The notes under the pieces are model-generated. The model made no database searches. It saw nothing but the letters and a program-made list of their open reading frames with translations, and was not told where the DNA came from. A stretch of 64,000 nt of DNA from Moniliella sp. 'wahieum' (lineage: Eukaryota), in the NCBI GenBank assembly GCA_003971905.1, contig RSEE01000062.1, positions 124,001-188,000 of the forward strand, in the 5' to 3' direction. Positions 12,330-23,224 of this stretch are shown one piece after another (the first letter of the stretch is position 1; every line of letters begins with the position of its first letter). The position numbers and the translations under genes are program-made.

Positions 12330-13109
12330 ATGGACGCCTCGAACGCCCCCACGGCACCCAACGCCGCGCTGCCGGAACCAACGCAAGCCATGGCTTGGTC
12401 TCCCTACGACTCTATCCATTTCCCACAGGAGGTCTCCCAAGCTGTCCAAGAGGCAGAACACCTTTCCAAGCCGGACTATGACGCACTTCAAGGTCTCAAG
12501 TACGCCCATATTCAAAAATGGGACCACGACCCTTTGACGCTACCTGTTCTCTTCGAGAAAATCGAGAGATTCCTAGATATTGAACAAGTCTCCCCTCTGT
12601 CGGTGACAAGTTATTACTTCGGTTCTAGGGCCCTTTCCGGGGAGCCCACTGACATTGCGCACAGTACCTGCGTCTATCCCTGTGCGCTCTGTTGGGACAA
12701 CATGAAACGTGGGCTCCTGCTTGCTTACAATCCTGAGAGTGAGATCGACTCCCGTCTGAAATCCTTAGAATGGGGTCGGGACGCTTATTGGTCCGAGAAT
12801 CTTCCAAGTCATGAGATTTGTCATAATGGACGCCCGAACATTGGGCCCGACCAAGTACGACGTGATCAGAGAGAACTTCTGCCGATACTTGAGCCAGCAT
12901 GGGTACTCGAAAAAGTGGCGAACAGGTGGAACAGTATCCACGACTGGACGGCGTTTATCAAGACGTGGCCTTGGTCACCAATTGTAAGGTCCGCATTATC
13001 ACCATACAACGCTAACAAGCAATGCTTGATTAAGGTGATTCTGCCTTACAAAGGTATCATTGACGAAGACTGCCCTGACCCCTTATACGTCGACGTGCTC
13101 CCTCGGTGA
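12330..13109 (+). CDS. Hypothetical protein, ~259 aa, no family recognised
   Basis: Uninterrupted ORF with globular-protein-like composition (MDASNAPT...YVDVLPR), preceded by a pyrimidine-rich leader. Confidence 0.6.
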   Translation: MDASNAPTAPNAALPEPTQAMAWSPYDSIHFPQEVSQAVQEAEHLSKPDYDALQGLKYAHIQKWDHDPLTLPVLFEKIERFLDIEQVSPLSVTSYYFGSRALSGEPTDIAHSTCVYPCALCWDNMKRGLLLAYNPESEIDSRLKSLEWGRDAYWSENLPSHEICHNGRPNIGPDQVRRDQRELLPILEPAWVLEKVANRWNSIHDWTAFIKTWPWSPIVRSALSPYNANKQCLIKVILPYKGIIDEDCPDPLYVDVLPR

Positions 13110-13729
13110 ATATCACAGTGTACCCGGAAACACCGCATCCTACGTGAGCGGCATATGACCGTCCGTCTCGCTGCCGTCGAATGGCTCCCAGACTCCTTCA
13201 ATCCAACCCCTGTTGAATGTACAGCCAGGCCACTGGGCAATGTAAATTAAGTGGAGCTCTTGAACTCGTGTCCCTCTTTCCTTTTCTTGGCCCTAATGGA
13301 TGTCCTCCTTTCATTGTTCCGGCTTGTGACATGTGACAATGTGACATCCATCACCGTGGCAGCGGTATGTAGTTCTTGAAGCTTCAAGATGCCCCAGCAC
13401 CAGCAACGTTCGTCCGAACTTCCCCTGTTCATGAATGTTGTACCACCGCCAGCGCCCAGGGTTATGCGATTCAGGCCATGTGGGCATTGCAGTGGTCACT
13501 CTCATTTCCATGCTTGCCGAAGCTCTTCCGTAACCCGCATCCATAGCGGCAAACACAGCTCACCCCCCAGCGGAGGCCGAAGTCAAGTGGCTCATTCAAA
13601 ACACAGACTATAGTCCCGTTAGACCAACAAAACCGTCAGCAGGCAAAGTGTATCTTCCCAGCCGCGGAGGATATTGTGACCCACATGTAACACGGAGCTA
13701 CGAAAATAGTGGGACACGGTTCAGTACGT

Positions 13730-14135
13730 TCAACGTTCAAGGGAGAGCAACTCCTTCAGTCGCCCATCAGAAGCGAGCACTTGCAAGTCGGAGTTGCCGC
13801 CCACATGCTTGCCATTGATAAAGATGTTGGGCACGGTGCGCTGGCCCGTCTTGGAAGCCAAATAGGTCTGGATCTCAGCCCCCTTCGATCCCAGTTGGTC
13901 CAGCTCCAACACACCGAGCGGGGAGGGCGCCACGTGAACTTGTTGAGCAAGCTAATAGGGGGTTAGCCCGGTCACAAGCCAATCAATATATACGCGCGTT
14001 GTGTGCCGACTGGAGTGAGTGAAATGCGGAGGGGGAGGACGCACGTTTTGCTGGCGGTACAGTAGGGACAGAATGACTTGGAAAACACAAATACCGGTTC
14101 TGGGCAATCAGCTGCTCCACTTGTTTTGCCGCCAT
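13730..14135 (-). CDS. Dithiol glutaredoxin (CPYC); intron ~13952-14044; frameshifted
   Basis: [57 protein letters not shown]. Confidence 0.92.
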
Positions 14136-16903
14136 GGTCCTCGTATCCGTACTGCAGCGCCTGGTGGTGGTGGAAAGAAGCACGTCAAGCATCAATTGCA
14201 TTAATGGCATCAATGTTTGCGAGAAACAAACACTTAACCCCGACAAAGAGCGGGGCGGAACAGTACTTTAATTCTGTTGCCATTCCGCGCTATCACGACG
14301 TGTGGCGGTCATCGATCATCGGTCATGCATCAGTGAAGCGAGAGATTCCGTAGGGTCACCACCGTCGTAATTGCTTTTGCTTGCTGCTCCACCATCAAAA
14401 CATTTTTAAGCGGCCGAGGCATGGTCTTCTAAAGCGAGAGGCTATGTTATTGTCCAAAATGTAATCATTGATGAAGATGAGGCCTGGTGTCTTGGCCTGA
14501 CGGTCCTCGAAGGTGCTGCACCATCGGACTATAGTGTAACAGTCGGGACTAAACGGGGGAGACCAAGGTCCTGTCAGAGGCGGGGGGAAAGGCAAGGTCG
14601 TTCGTGGGAGGAAACAGAAGGCATCGGACAGAGAACAGAAGCAAAAGGAAAGGGAAGCGCGAGAGACACACAGGATGCACAGAATTGGAAATTGGAGCGA
14701 GCTTAGTCATTCGGTAACATGTACTAGTGGCGCTGGGAATAGAGGAGGAAGGAAACGGTCCGTCGATGAAGAATACAGAGGTAATGCTCACAGCCGTTTT
14801 GCCGTTGCATTTCGTAACAACCTTTGCGTCTCTTTCCCCACAAAAGCCTCCGTGTTTCAATCGCCCGGTGGTCTCCTCGTCACCACATGCAATTAACATT
14901 GCACTGTTGGACGATGATCTCGATGTGATTCATGTCGATGAGACCTGAGGCTCAGCCCTGAGGCTCAGGCCAGAGATCAAGATCTCTGAGATGTACGAGA
15001 GAATTGAAAACGTGTTTTATGACTTGAGAATAGGATGGACTGACTGTAGAGAGCGGATGATCTTCGTGCCGCGTACAAAACAGCGAGTGGCTGACGAAAA
15101 TCGAGGACCCTCGCACCCCGACACAGCGACACACGAAAGGTCAAAAATATGTCAGCCAAGAAGAGGGGCAGCCTGAGCCACTCAGCCGCTCAAAGCGCTC
15201 ACATGCAGTCGATCTTTGATCTCAGAATCTCAGACGTCTGTCATAGAGTAATCTCGTTCGATAATGGATAATCGATGAGCTACGATCGATATATGACCTG
15301 TGGCCGAAGCTGAGGGTTATGCTGTGGTGGATGCTATAGGGGGCTGGCCTGGGGTTCTAGCGGTTGCTGTTGCTGTTGCTGTTGGGCGGCATGCAGTATG
15401 CAAAAGGCCAGCTGGACCCTGCGCGCTACGGCCGGGTAATGAATACTGAGTCGCAGTACTGCGGTCCTGTCCTGTGAGAGGGGAGTACTGACGGTACTGA
15501 CGTACTGAGTGGATGGGCCGAAGTGGTGTAATGCTAATGCCGGGTGTGGCACGTGAATATTTTTTGTGAATAGGCGAATGCAAAACAGCACAGCACCTCC
15601 ACCCTGCTGCGCTATTTTGCATGCGCTCAAATTACAGCGCTTCTAATCGCAGTGCAACGCTCGCCTGAGACAGCCAACGTTCCCACGCGATTTCTCAGAA
15701 TGCGGCAGGGTAGGAAGCCATGCAAGTAATGGCACGGTGCATGCATGATGCATGCGAGGTGCTGAGGAACACGTTAGCAAACAATGCCAATGGCTGAGCG
15801 CCTGTGCTTACTCGGCGCTTCCTACGTAATGCAAATGCATAATGCGCTTTTGCTTACCTCAGCATGAGACAACAACCATCCAGCTTTTGTCCCTGCTTGG
15901 TCTCAGATCCCAGGTGCCGGCAGTGGCTAGCGGCTAGTGGCCACGGGAGGTTACCGGTTATGGGCCGCGTGTGCTGAAACAGGCGCCGGCTGTGTACACT
16001 GGGCAGGTGCTGCGGGTGCTGCGGTGCAGGGCTGGTGCACCGCAAACAAAGATCGGAGTCGAGCGGTTGGTGGCTGGCCTGTGCTGGCCACCGCGCGCCC
16101 AGCCCGACGGACGCCGGGCCCTGCACTGGCCCCGTGCTCTTCTTGCTGACAGCTGGGGTGCTCCGAGCAAAGGCGCATGGGCCCTGGCAGTGCTGGCCTG
16201 GCTTGTGGTGGCCTGGCTTGGGCTGGCCTGGCTTGGACTGCCACTCCCATTCTCACACAGGGAAGCGGTGCATAATGCTGCATGCGCTGCGAAGGAATGC
16301 GACAGGCCGGCGTATTGCCCGCGCCTACCAGCATATACTAGCGTAAGCGTATACTCGTTGGCTGCCTCGCCGGCTACCTCGCGGCATGCTCTCCGATCTC
16401 GTCGCTGCCATCGCCTTACCGGCGTTGCACGTGGCCCCTGTCCTTCCAGGAACGCCGTCCGCAGCAGACGGGCAGTGTGTAGCTCTCGGGCCGGATGCTG
16501 GGCCGAACTGGCGCCGTGCGAGGTGCGAGCCGCCCATGCATCACGCATCGCATGTCACATGTCACACGCCATGCATTACATCCCCCTCGGGGCTTCACCG
16601 ACTGGATGACTAGTGACCGGTGAGAGGGATCGATGATCGATGAGGTCAGACGTCAGCGCGTCAGCAGGCATCATGCATGCACACCATGCATCAGTGCATC
16701 AGCGCTTAACCTCAGCGGTCAACGAGCGGACATCCGCCCATCATCATGCATTATGCATCACCCACCACCGGCACTGGCTGTACCCCTCGCCGCATGCAGG
16801 GAGAGTTGCGGCGGAAGGGCATTCGACCGTCGCTGGTCGATCGTCTCGTGGTCAGACGACAAACCATCACCACCACCACCTCCTCCCCCTCCTCTCCGGC
16901 GCG

Positions 16904-19900
16904 ATGAGTGCGGCCTTCGACCTCTTCGCCGACGACGACCCCGAGTCGGTCTGGATGCAGGCACGTCCTGCGTTGCTGCTCATCGAGCAGCTGTGCCGCC
17001 ACTTCTCCATCAGCACCGACAGCGGCGTATCCACCGGCACGTTCAGCGACGCCTCTGCCTCCACCGTCGTCGTCCCGGCTCCTTTGCTAGTACGCACACT
17101 GCCTCTTTGCCGCCCTCGGCCTCAGCACAACCGTCAATGCTGCTCCTCCCTCCCCGCCTCGTCCTCTGCTTCCTCCACTGCCTCGGCGGGCGACCTCGCC
17201 CCGGCCCCCATGACCACCACGTCCACTTCCTCCCCATCCTTTATGCTCGGCCTCCCGCGCCCGCGCCAACCCAGCCTTGGCTACTCGTACCAGCGTTCAG
17301 GTAGCCCCACCGCCTTTGACTTCGGCTGGGGCTCGGCAGCCGGACTGAGTGTGCCTGCTCAAGCTGGTCCTGGACCAGGCTGGGGACCCAAAATTATGCT
17401 CACCGTCCCACAGGGTCTCTGTCTGTCCGCCGCGTCAGCTCGCTGGCCTCAGGATCCTTCTCTGCTTCGCCCACCCCACGTTCCAGTATCAGTTCTCGTC
17501 GCAACCCAGGTGCACCACAGCCGTTCTTGATGAACCTGCCCAAGGACGACGATCAAGTGCCTCCATCAATGATGGCCATTGAGGAAGGGGTGGTCATGTT
17601 GTCCCCCGGTGCCGACCCAGACGCAGTGTCCGAAGAAGAAGAAGTGTGGGATGCAGTCGCTCGCACCCTGCGTCCTGTGGCGGATGTACTACGGCAAGAC
17701 CGGTTGCGAATCGCCATTGGCTCGTCGGACATGCCAGTGCAGGTGCTAGCCCTGCTGCGCTTGTCGACCATCCCCCGTTCGTCCAAATATCTTGCACCGC
17801 TCCAGGATGCCCAGACCCAGCTCCTGCGCGTCCTGGGCAATCTATGTGTCGATTGCGGTGCGTACTTTCCTTCCCTTGGCCAAGCAGCCAGCTCTGACCT
17901 TACTTTGCAGATGTCAACCGGGATCGACTGCTGGACCTGGATGCTGCGCCTGCTATTCTAGCCGTCGTGGACGGGTTTTGAACGACCCAGTACCGGACAT
18001 TCCGACGCTGGTCTTGTTTGATTCAACTACCTTGCACCTCCTTCGTGCTGCGACGGGGGCCATTGAGAATCTCGAATTGGACCACAGCCCCACCCAGGCG
18101 TACCTCGCATCGAACCCTATGGCGCTCCGTACCCTCTTCCGCCTTGGATCGTCCCCTCGGATTTATACCCCCTTTCTTGGACGATGGGGGGGTACGGATT
18201 CATGCGGGAGGGCTCATTACAGAGCGAGGACGCACGCGCGCTGGTTCAGGCAGGCGCAACCATTGCATCGCGCTCGTGGAAAGTGTTGCAGGACGTATTG
18301 GCTTCCCTGCTGACCCACCCCTGTCGGATGACGAACTTTCGCCCGGTGCAGCCAGCCTAGGAGCCCGTCTGTCAGGCAGCAGTCGTGGATCCACCTCTGC
18401 TCCCTTGCCCGACCCGGTCCAGCCCGCCCGCCTTCACCCTTCGCCTGAGCCGGAGCGGCACCGGCTACGCACCGGCACCGATCTCGTTCTAGCGGAAGAG
18501 GCGGAGGAGGAGGCGTGGAAGCATGTCGGGTACCGTTGCACGCCAAATCCCTTGTCATCGACACGGCGATCAATTCCACCCCGCAGTAATCTTGCGTGCA
18601 TTTCTCGACCCACGTCGCAAGCCAAGCAAGCCAAGCAAGATGGAGGAAGTGTGGGGAGGTGAGCGAGCGGCGCATGCTCGTCTCGGCCGACGAGCAAATC
18701 CTTTCGGCCGCAGCGGAACTCATTGAGTCCTCCTCGCTCGATAGCAGTGCATGGCGTCGTGCTGCCGTCGCTCCCGATAGCTGGGCCGATGCGGTGCGCT
18801 ACCCCTCTGGCTTGCGCAACCGTACCCCATGGCGGTGTATGCCGCCTTTGTGGCTCAGGGTGCGCCTCCATCCGCATGGCGCTTGGGGAGAGAGGAGGCA
18901 CGTTTCCGCGCCAGCCCGCGGCCGTCCCCGCAGTTGTTCCGCCAAAGTGCGGGAACGGGGATTGTCTGTTGCCGCCCCCGTTTCGGACGAATCGATGGGA
19001 GAGTCAGAGGAGGTGGGCGACGGTTCATGGTGCGAAGACGAGATGTTTGAACAGTATCGCTCGGCCTTGGTCCGGAGCTTCTTGGCTGTGCTGAGTGAGG
19101 AACGGACGATTGACATGCTCTTCTCTCCATCGGGCACGGGAGCACCGCACGAGGGTCCTGGTTCTGCTACCTGGCTCGTCATCTCCTTCTTTCTTGGCTC
19201 TCGGACACCGACGAGAATCGGAGTGAGCTCGTCTCGGTCGCGTTGTTGGCCTTGGGAAGTTTGGTTCGAACCGAGCCACACTGTATCAGCTTGGTGCACA
19301 AGTTTCAACTGGGCCAACGGCTGGCGCCTATCTTTGACCATACCTGGGCGAGCCAATCGGTTCAGCAATCCGCCACCTTGATGGGGACCATGCGCAATCT
19401 TTCCCTTCCCAAATGCCAACAAGGGCATGCTGGGCAGCTTGGGTTGGGTGGAGAGGGCGGCCGGGGTGCTGCGCATGCCCCCCCCTGCGGCCGTCGGAAC
19501 GAGGACGACAGTGACGACGAACGATTTATTGTTCCGCACCGTCTTGGTACTCAAGAACCTAGCGCAGGAGCAGCCGGCAACTCGGTGCGTGTTGCCATGG
19601 GACCGGCGCGCGATGCTCTGGCTCAAGTGGCCAGCAGCTTACATTCATCGCCGATCAGTTTGGAAGCGGGACGGGTGCTGGGCGTGGTGGTGCAAACGTT
19701 GTTCCTGATTCCCCTCCCTGATGCAGCCGCACTGGAATCTGCGTCCCGCAGCGAAGACAATGCCGAAGGCGTCCAGTTGGCCCGCACCATGTTGGCGGCC
19801 CGCGAGGCGATTGCGTGTGCGCCCGTGACCAATGCGCTGGCCAGCATGGTCTGCGCTTCTACACGGTACCCTGTGTTGATCAACGAGGTCTGACCGCTTT

Positions 19901-20395
19901 GGGGTTCCTTCTACCACGCCATTTGGCGCAGCCTGCGTAGCCTCCGCCTTGGTCGCTCATCCTCCTTCTCCCTCGGCCCCACCTGACGCACATACTTCCC
20001 CCATGTCTGCTGGGACGGGAGCCAGCTTGTCCCCTGACAGTTCCTTCTCCCCGCCCCCAAACAGCAGTCCTACCGGGGCAGACCAGGAAGGCTCAAGGCC
20101 AGGCGGAAGGGGACGAGCCTCGCTCGTACTTCCCCCCCGAAGAAGTCAGCCCCCGTACTCGTCCTGCGGCTTTACCCTCTGTTCCCACCAAGCCACCCAC
20201 CGACCCCAGCTTGCTAACCATGCTCCTCTCTGTCTTGGCACGACGAGACGCACGAATGCCGCCGCACTATGCTTCGAATGCATGTGCGCTGGTGATCAAG
20301 TTGTTTTCGCGCATGCGGGCCCGCGCGCACCAGCACCGTTGGTACGGGATTTGGACTTGATTGCTCTCCAGATCGCTCCGGCACTGGAACGTTAG
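16904..20395 (+). CDS. ARM-repeat protein, SmgGDS/RAP1GDS1-like; intron ~17858-17910; many frameshifts
   Basis: QLLRVLGNLCVDC, LALGSLVRTEPHCISLV, MGTMRNLSLPK, VLVLKNLA resemble SmgGDS armadillo repeats; ends approximate. Confidence 0.65.
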
Positions 20396-20759
20396 CGTCG
20401 CAAGGACCGACGGAAGCACTGTTGATGGCCCAACGAGCGTTCGAGTGCGTTCGTGCCGTTGCACCCCTGTCCCGCCTTTGCGCTCGCCCGCATCCGAGAT
20501 GGAAATCACTTCCCCGGCTAGTGCGCCCCTTTAGGATTCCCAGGTGGAGGTGCACAGGATGGCATGACATGTCTTGGTTTATCTATGGTCTCTTTCTCTT
20601 TTTCTTTCTTTTTCTCCTTCTCTCCTCGGTTGACTCCGCTTGCCTTCGCTCGGCTGCCCCCCCCCACCCCCCCACCTAGCCTCTTTCTTTACTTCTTTTC
20701 TGATCGTTTGTTTCACTCTCTGGACTGCTGTTCTTACTATTTACCCTATCGTACCCTTG

Positions 20760-20865
20760 CCTTGTTTTTTTCTTATCTCTCTCTCTCTTCCCCTCTCTCT
20801 CTTACTCTCTTTCTTTCTTCTTTCTTTCTTTCTCTCTCTCTATCTCATCCTTTCTCTTTATCTTC
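20760..20865 (+). repeat. CT-rich low-complexity tract
   Basis: Imperfect (CT)n/(CTTT)n run. Confidence 0.7.
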
Positions 20866-21873
20866 CCGGACCCCCAGCCCCTCCCCTCGAACACATCTCC
20901 TTGGCAACCTCCATGATATCTGCGCAATCCGCCATCAACTTTCAAGCCTCTCTTCGTCCCCCTTCTCTCTGTCCACACACTCCTGGTAGATAGTGGATAT
21001 CCCCTGGGACGCCGTGACGTCTTCATGTCCACAACAATTTTACCGGGGATGAAACGAGAGAGGTGTGGGTGAGGCAAGATACAGCCCTGGAAGTGCGCCC
21101 AGGATCACCGCCGCGTATTACGGCGGCAAGGCAAGACGGTAAAGGCATGCGGATCCACTAGGTGAGCGAGCGCAAGCGACTGGTGAAAGCGGCAAGGTGC
21201 AAGGTTGCTGGGGCCAGGGGGGAGCGCTGGTGTCGTAGCAGCAACCCCGGAACCAATGGATGACGAACTAGGTTAAAAGTAGAGGGCGAAGGAAAAGGAG
21301 TGGCACTGGCCAGTGGAAGAGGATACTGCCATGATTGTATGGTTGGATGTGGAAGAAGATGAATGTGACGTTCAAGGGATGGGCCCTCTAAGATCTGACC
21401 CCTTGTGGTCAACACCTCTACACGGGCCAATAGAACTTGGAGAGAGACTGGTGGCGATAAGTAGCAGAGGTGGCTTATAGTTGTATTGTGATCAAACCAG
21501 CCTGAATACTAAAACACAGTTGGTTTGTGTACTAATAGGCTGTGCGCAAGTACTCTCTGATCTGTATTTCACTATTGGGGTATATGGCAAAGTATGGAAG
21601 TACTACGGAGCATGGGAGGTGGTGAGAGGTATGAACATATTAAGTCGATGGCAGGAGAAGGGATCCGTCACGAGGGGCATCCGTCACGAGGGGTCTAGAT
21701 CAAGGTAAGAGAGCGGCGGGAACAAGTAAAGGACGAAAAGGGGGAAAAACAAGAAGGTCGAAAGAAGAAAACCTCGCAGTGTGCGGGGCATAGCCGGAAC
21801 GTCCCCAAGGTCATTCGGTGGGACGAGGCCATGAAAGGATGAGAGGGCAAGGGCAAGGCAAGACCGATACCTT

Positions 21874-23126
21874 TTAGGCAAAGCCCACCTGCTGGTTGGC
21901 CACATCAAAGATGACCTTAGAAGTCGAGTCGATGAGGGAGTCGCCAGCGATCCACGAATCCATCCCCATGTCCTCTCCTACCACGGTAAAGACACAGTTG
22001 CCGTCCGAGTCGGTACCAGCTGACACCGAGTCGCCCAACGTGATGGTCTTGGAACCGAATTTGAAGCTCACCGAGGGCGGCGAGTCGCAATCAAACGTCG
22101 CTTGGGCCTGGCCGTCGCTGGTAGAGTACTGGAGCCCGAGCTGGTTGTACAAGCTCTCCGCATCACTAACGGGGGCCACAATCAAGGTCGTGCCCGTGTC
22201 GACGATGGCAGAGATATCGGTACCCTCTACCGATGCGTCGACAGTCCAGTAGGATGCGTCGGTGACCGGGGTAAAGTCGGCACTGGAATCAGTCGCACCC
22301 AACGTCAAGGTTGACCCATCCTCAGCCAGGTAAAGATAAACGCCTTGTGGTCCAAGACACCGGCATTGATCAACGAGTAAAAGTAAGGCTCCTGTTGCTG
22401 GAAGGAGCTGAGGCTAGGGAACGCCATACCGCTGATGCCTTGGCTGTTGCCTTCGCCCGTAATGAACTTTGGTCTGCAAGGCCAATGTACGCGGTGTCGG
22501 CGGTAAGACCGCCGATCGTGAGCTTGTCCGAGTACACTTCGCCCGAGGCCGTGGTACCGTCGCCGTACGAGTCGCTGAAGGTCGTGCCCGTGTCGGAAGA
22601 GTCGGAAGACGAGTCAGGGTCGTACGCGCCCTCGTTCACCAACGTGTCGGAGCTGCCGGTATCAAAATCTAGACCCCCCCAGAACCATAAAGAACGGTGA
22701 GTGTCCGACCGATGCAAAGCAAGATCAAAATGGGAGGGGGAGGAAGAGGAACATACCAATGTGAATGTCTTGCACGGGCGAGCCAAAGCCAATGACGCCG
22801 GTCCAGAGGGACTGTTGCTCAATGTCGGTCAGGTCGACCGTGCCGGTACTGCGGCGAGCAGTGGCAGAGGCAGTAGCAAGAGAGTGCTTGGAACCGGTGT
22901 TGCGCTCGTAGTTTGCCAGGGTGCGCGCGTACTTGGCACGAATCAGCGCGCGCTCGCGGTTGAACTTGGCCACGTCCAGCGATCCGTCGGCGCGACGGAA
23001 GTTGCGCTCAGCCCGGCGGGTGAGCGGCACAGTGATCGACCCCGTCTTCGGGCCGAAGGGGATGGCGGCGACGTGTACCGCGCCAAGGGCAACGGCCAGA
23101 CCAACAAATGTGCTTGAGAGCTGCAT
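21874..23126 (-). CDS. Secreted aspartic protease, pepsin family A1; intron 22669-22756; frameshifted
   Basis: Signal peptide MQLSSTFVGLAVALGAVHVAA, basic propeptide, catalytic motifs DFDTGSSD and IVDTGTTL, flap YGDG, C-terminal WIAGD...VIFDVANQQVGFA. Confidence 0.93.
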
Positions 23127-23216
23127 GGTGTGGATGAGGATGGAGAAGCAGCGAAGGTGTGGGCGAAGCAGAGGAGGGGGTGGGGGAATGAAGACAGGGG
23201 GCCGATGGATGGAGGG

Positions 23217-23224
23217 TATATATA
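23217..23224 (-). promoter_or_regulatory. Candidate TATA box of the aspartic protease gene
   Basis: TATATATA about 90 bp upstream of ATG 23126 in a GC-rich context. Confidence 0.45.

Noticed and set aside
14395..14710. Small spliced minus-strand gene MTKLAPISNSVHP...
   Set aside because: The putative junction 14671/14571 leads to an early stop, the donor is weak, and there is no homology.
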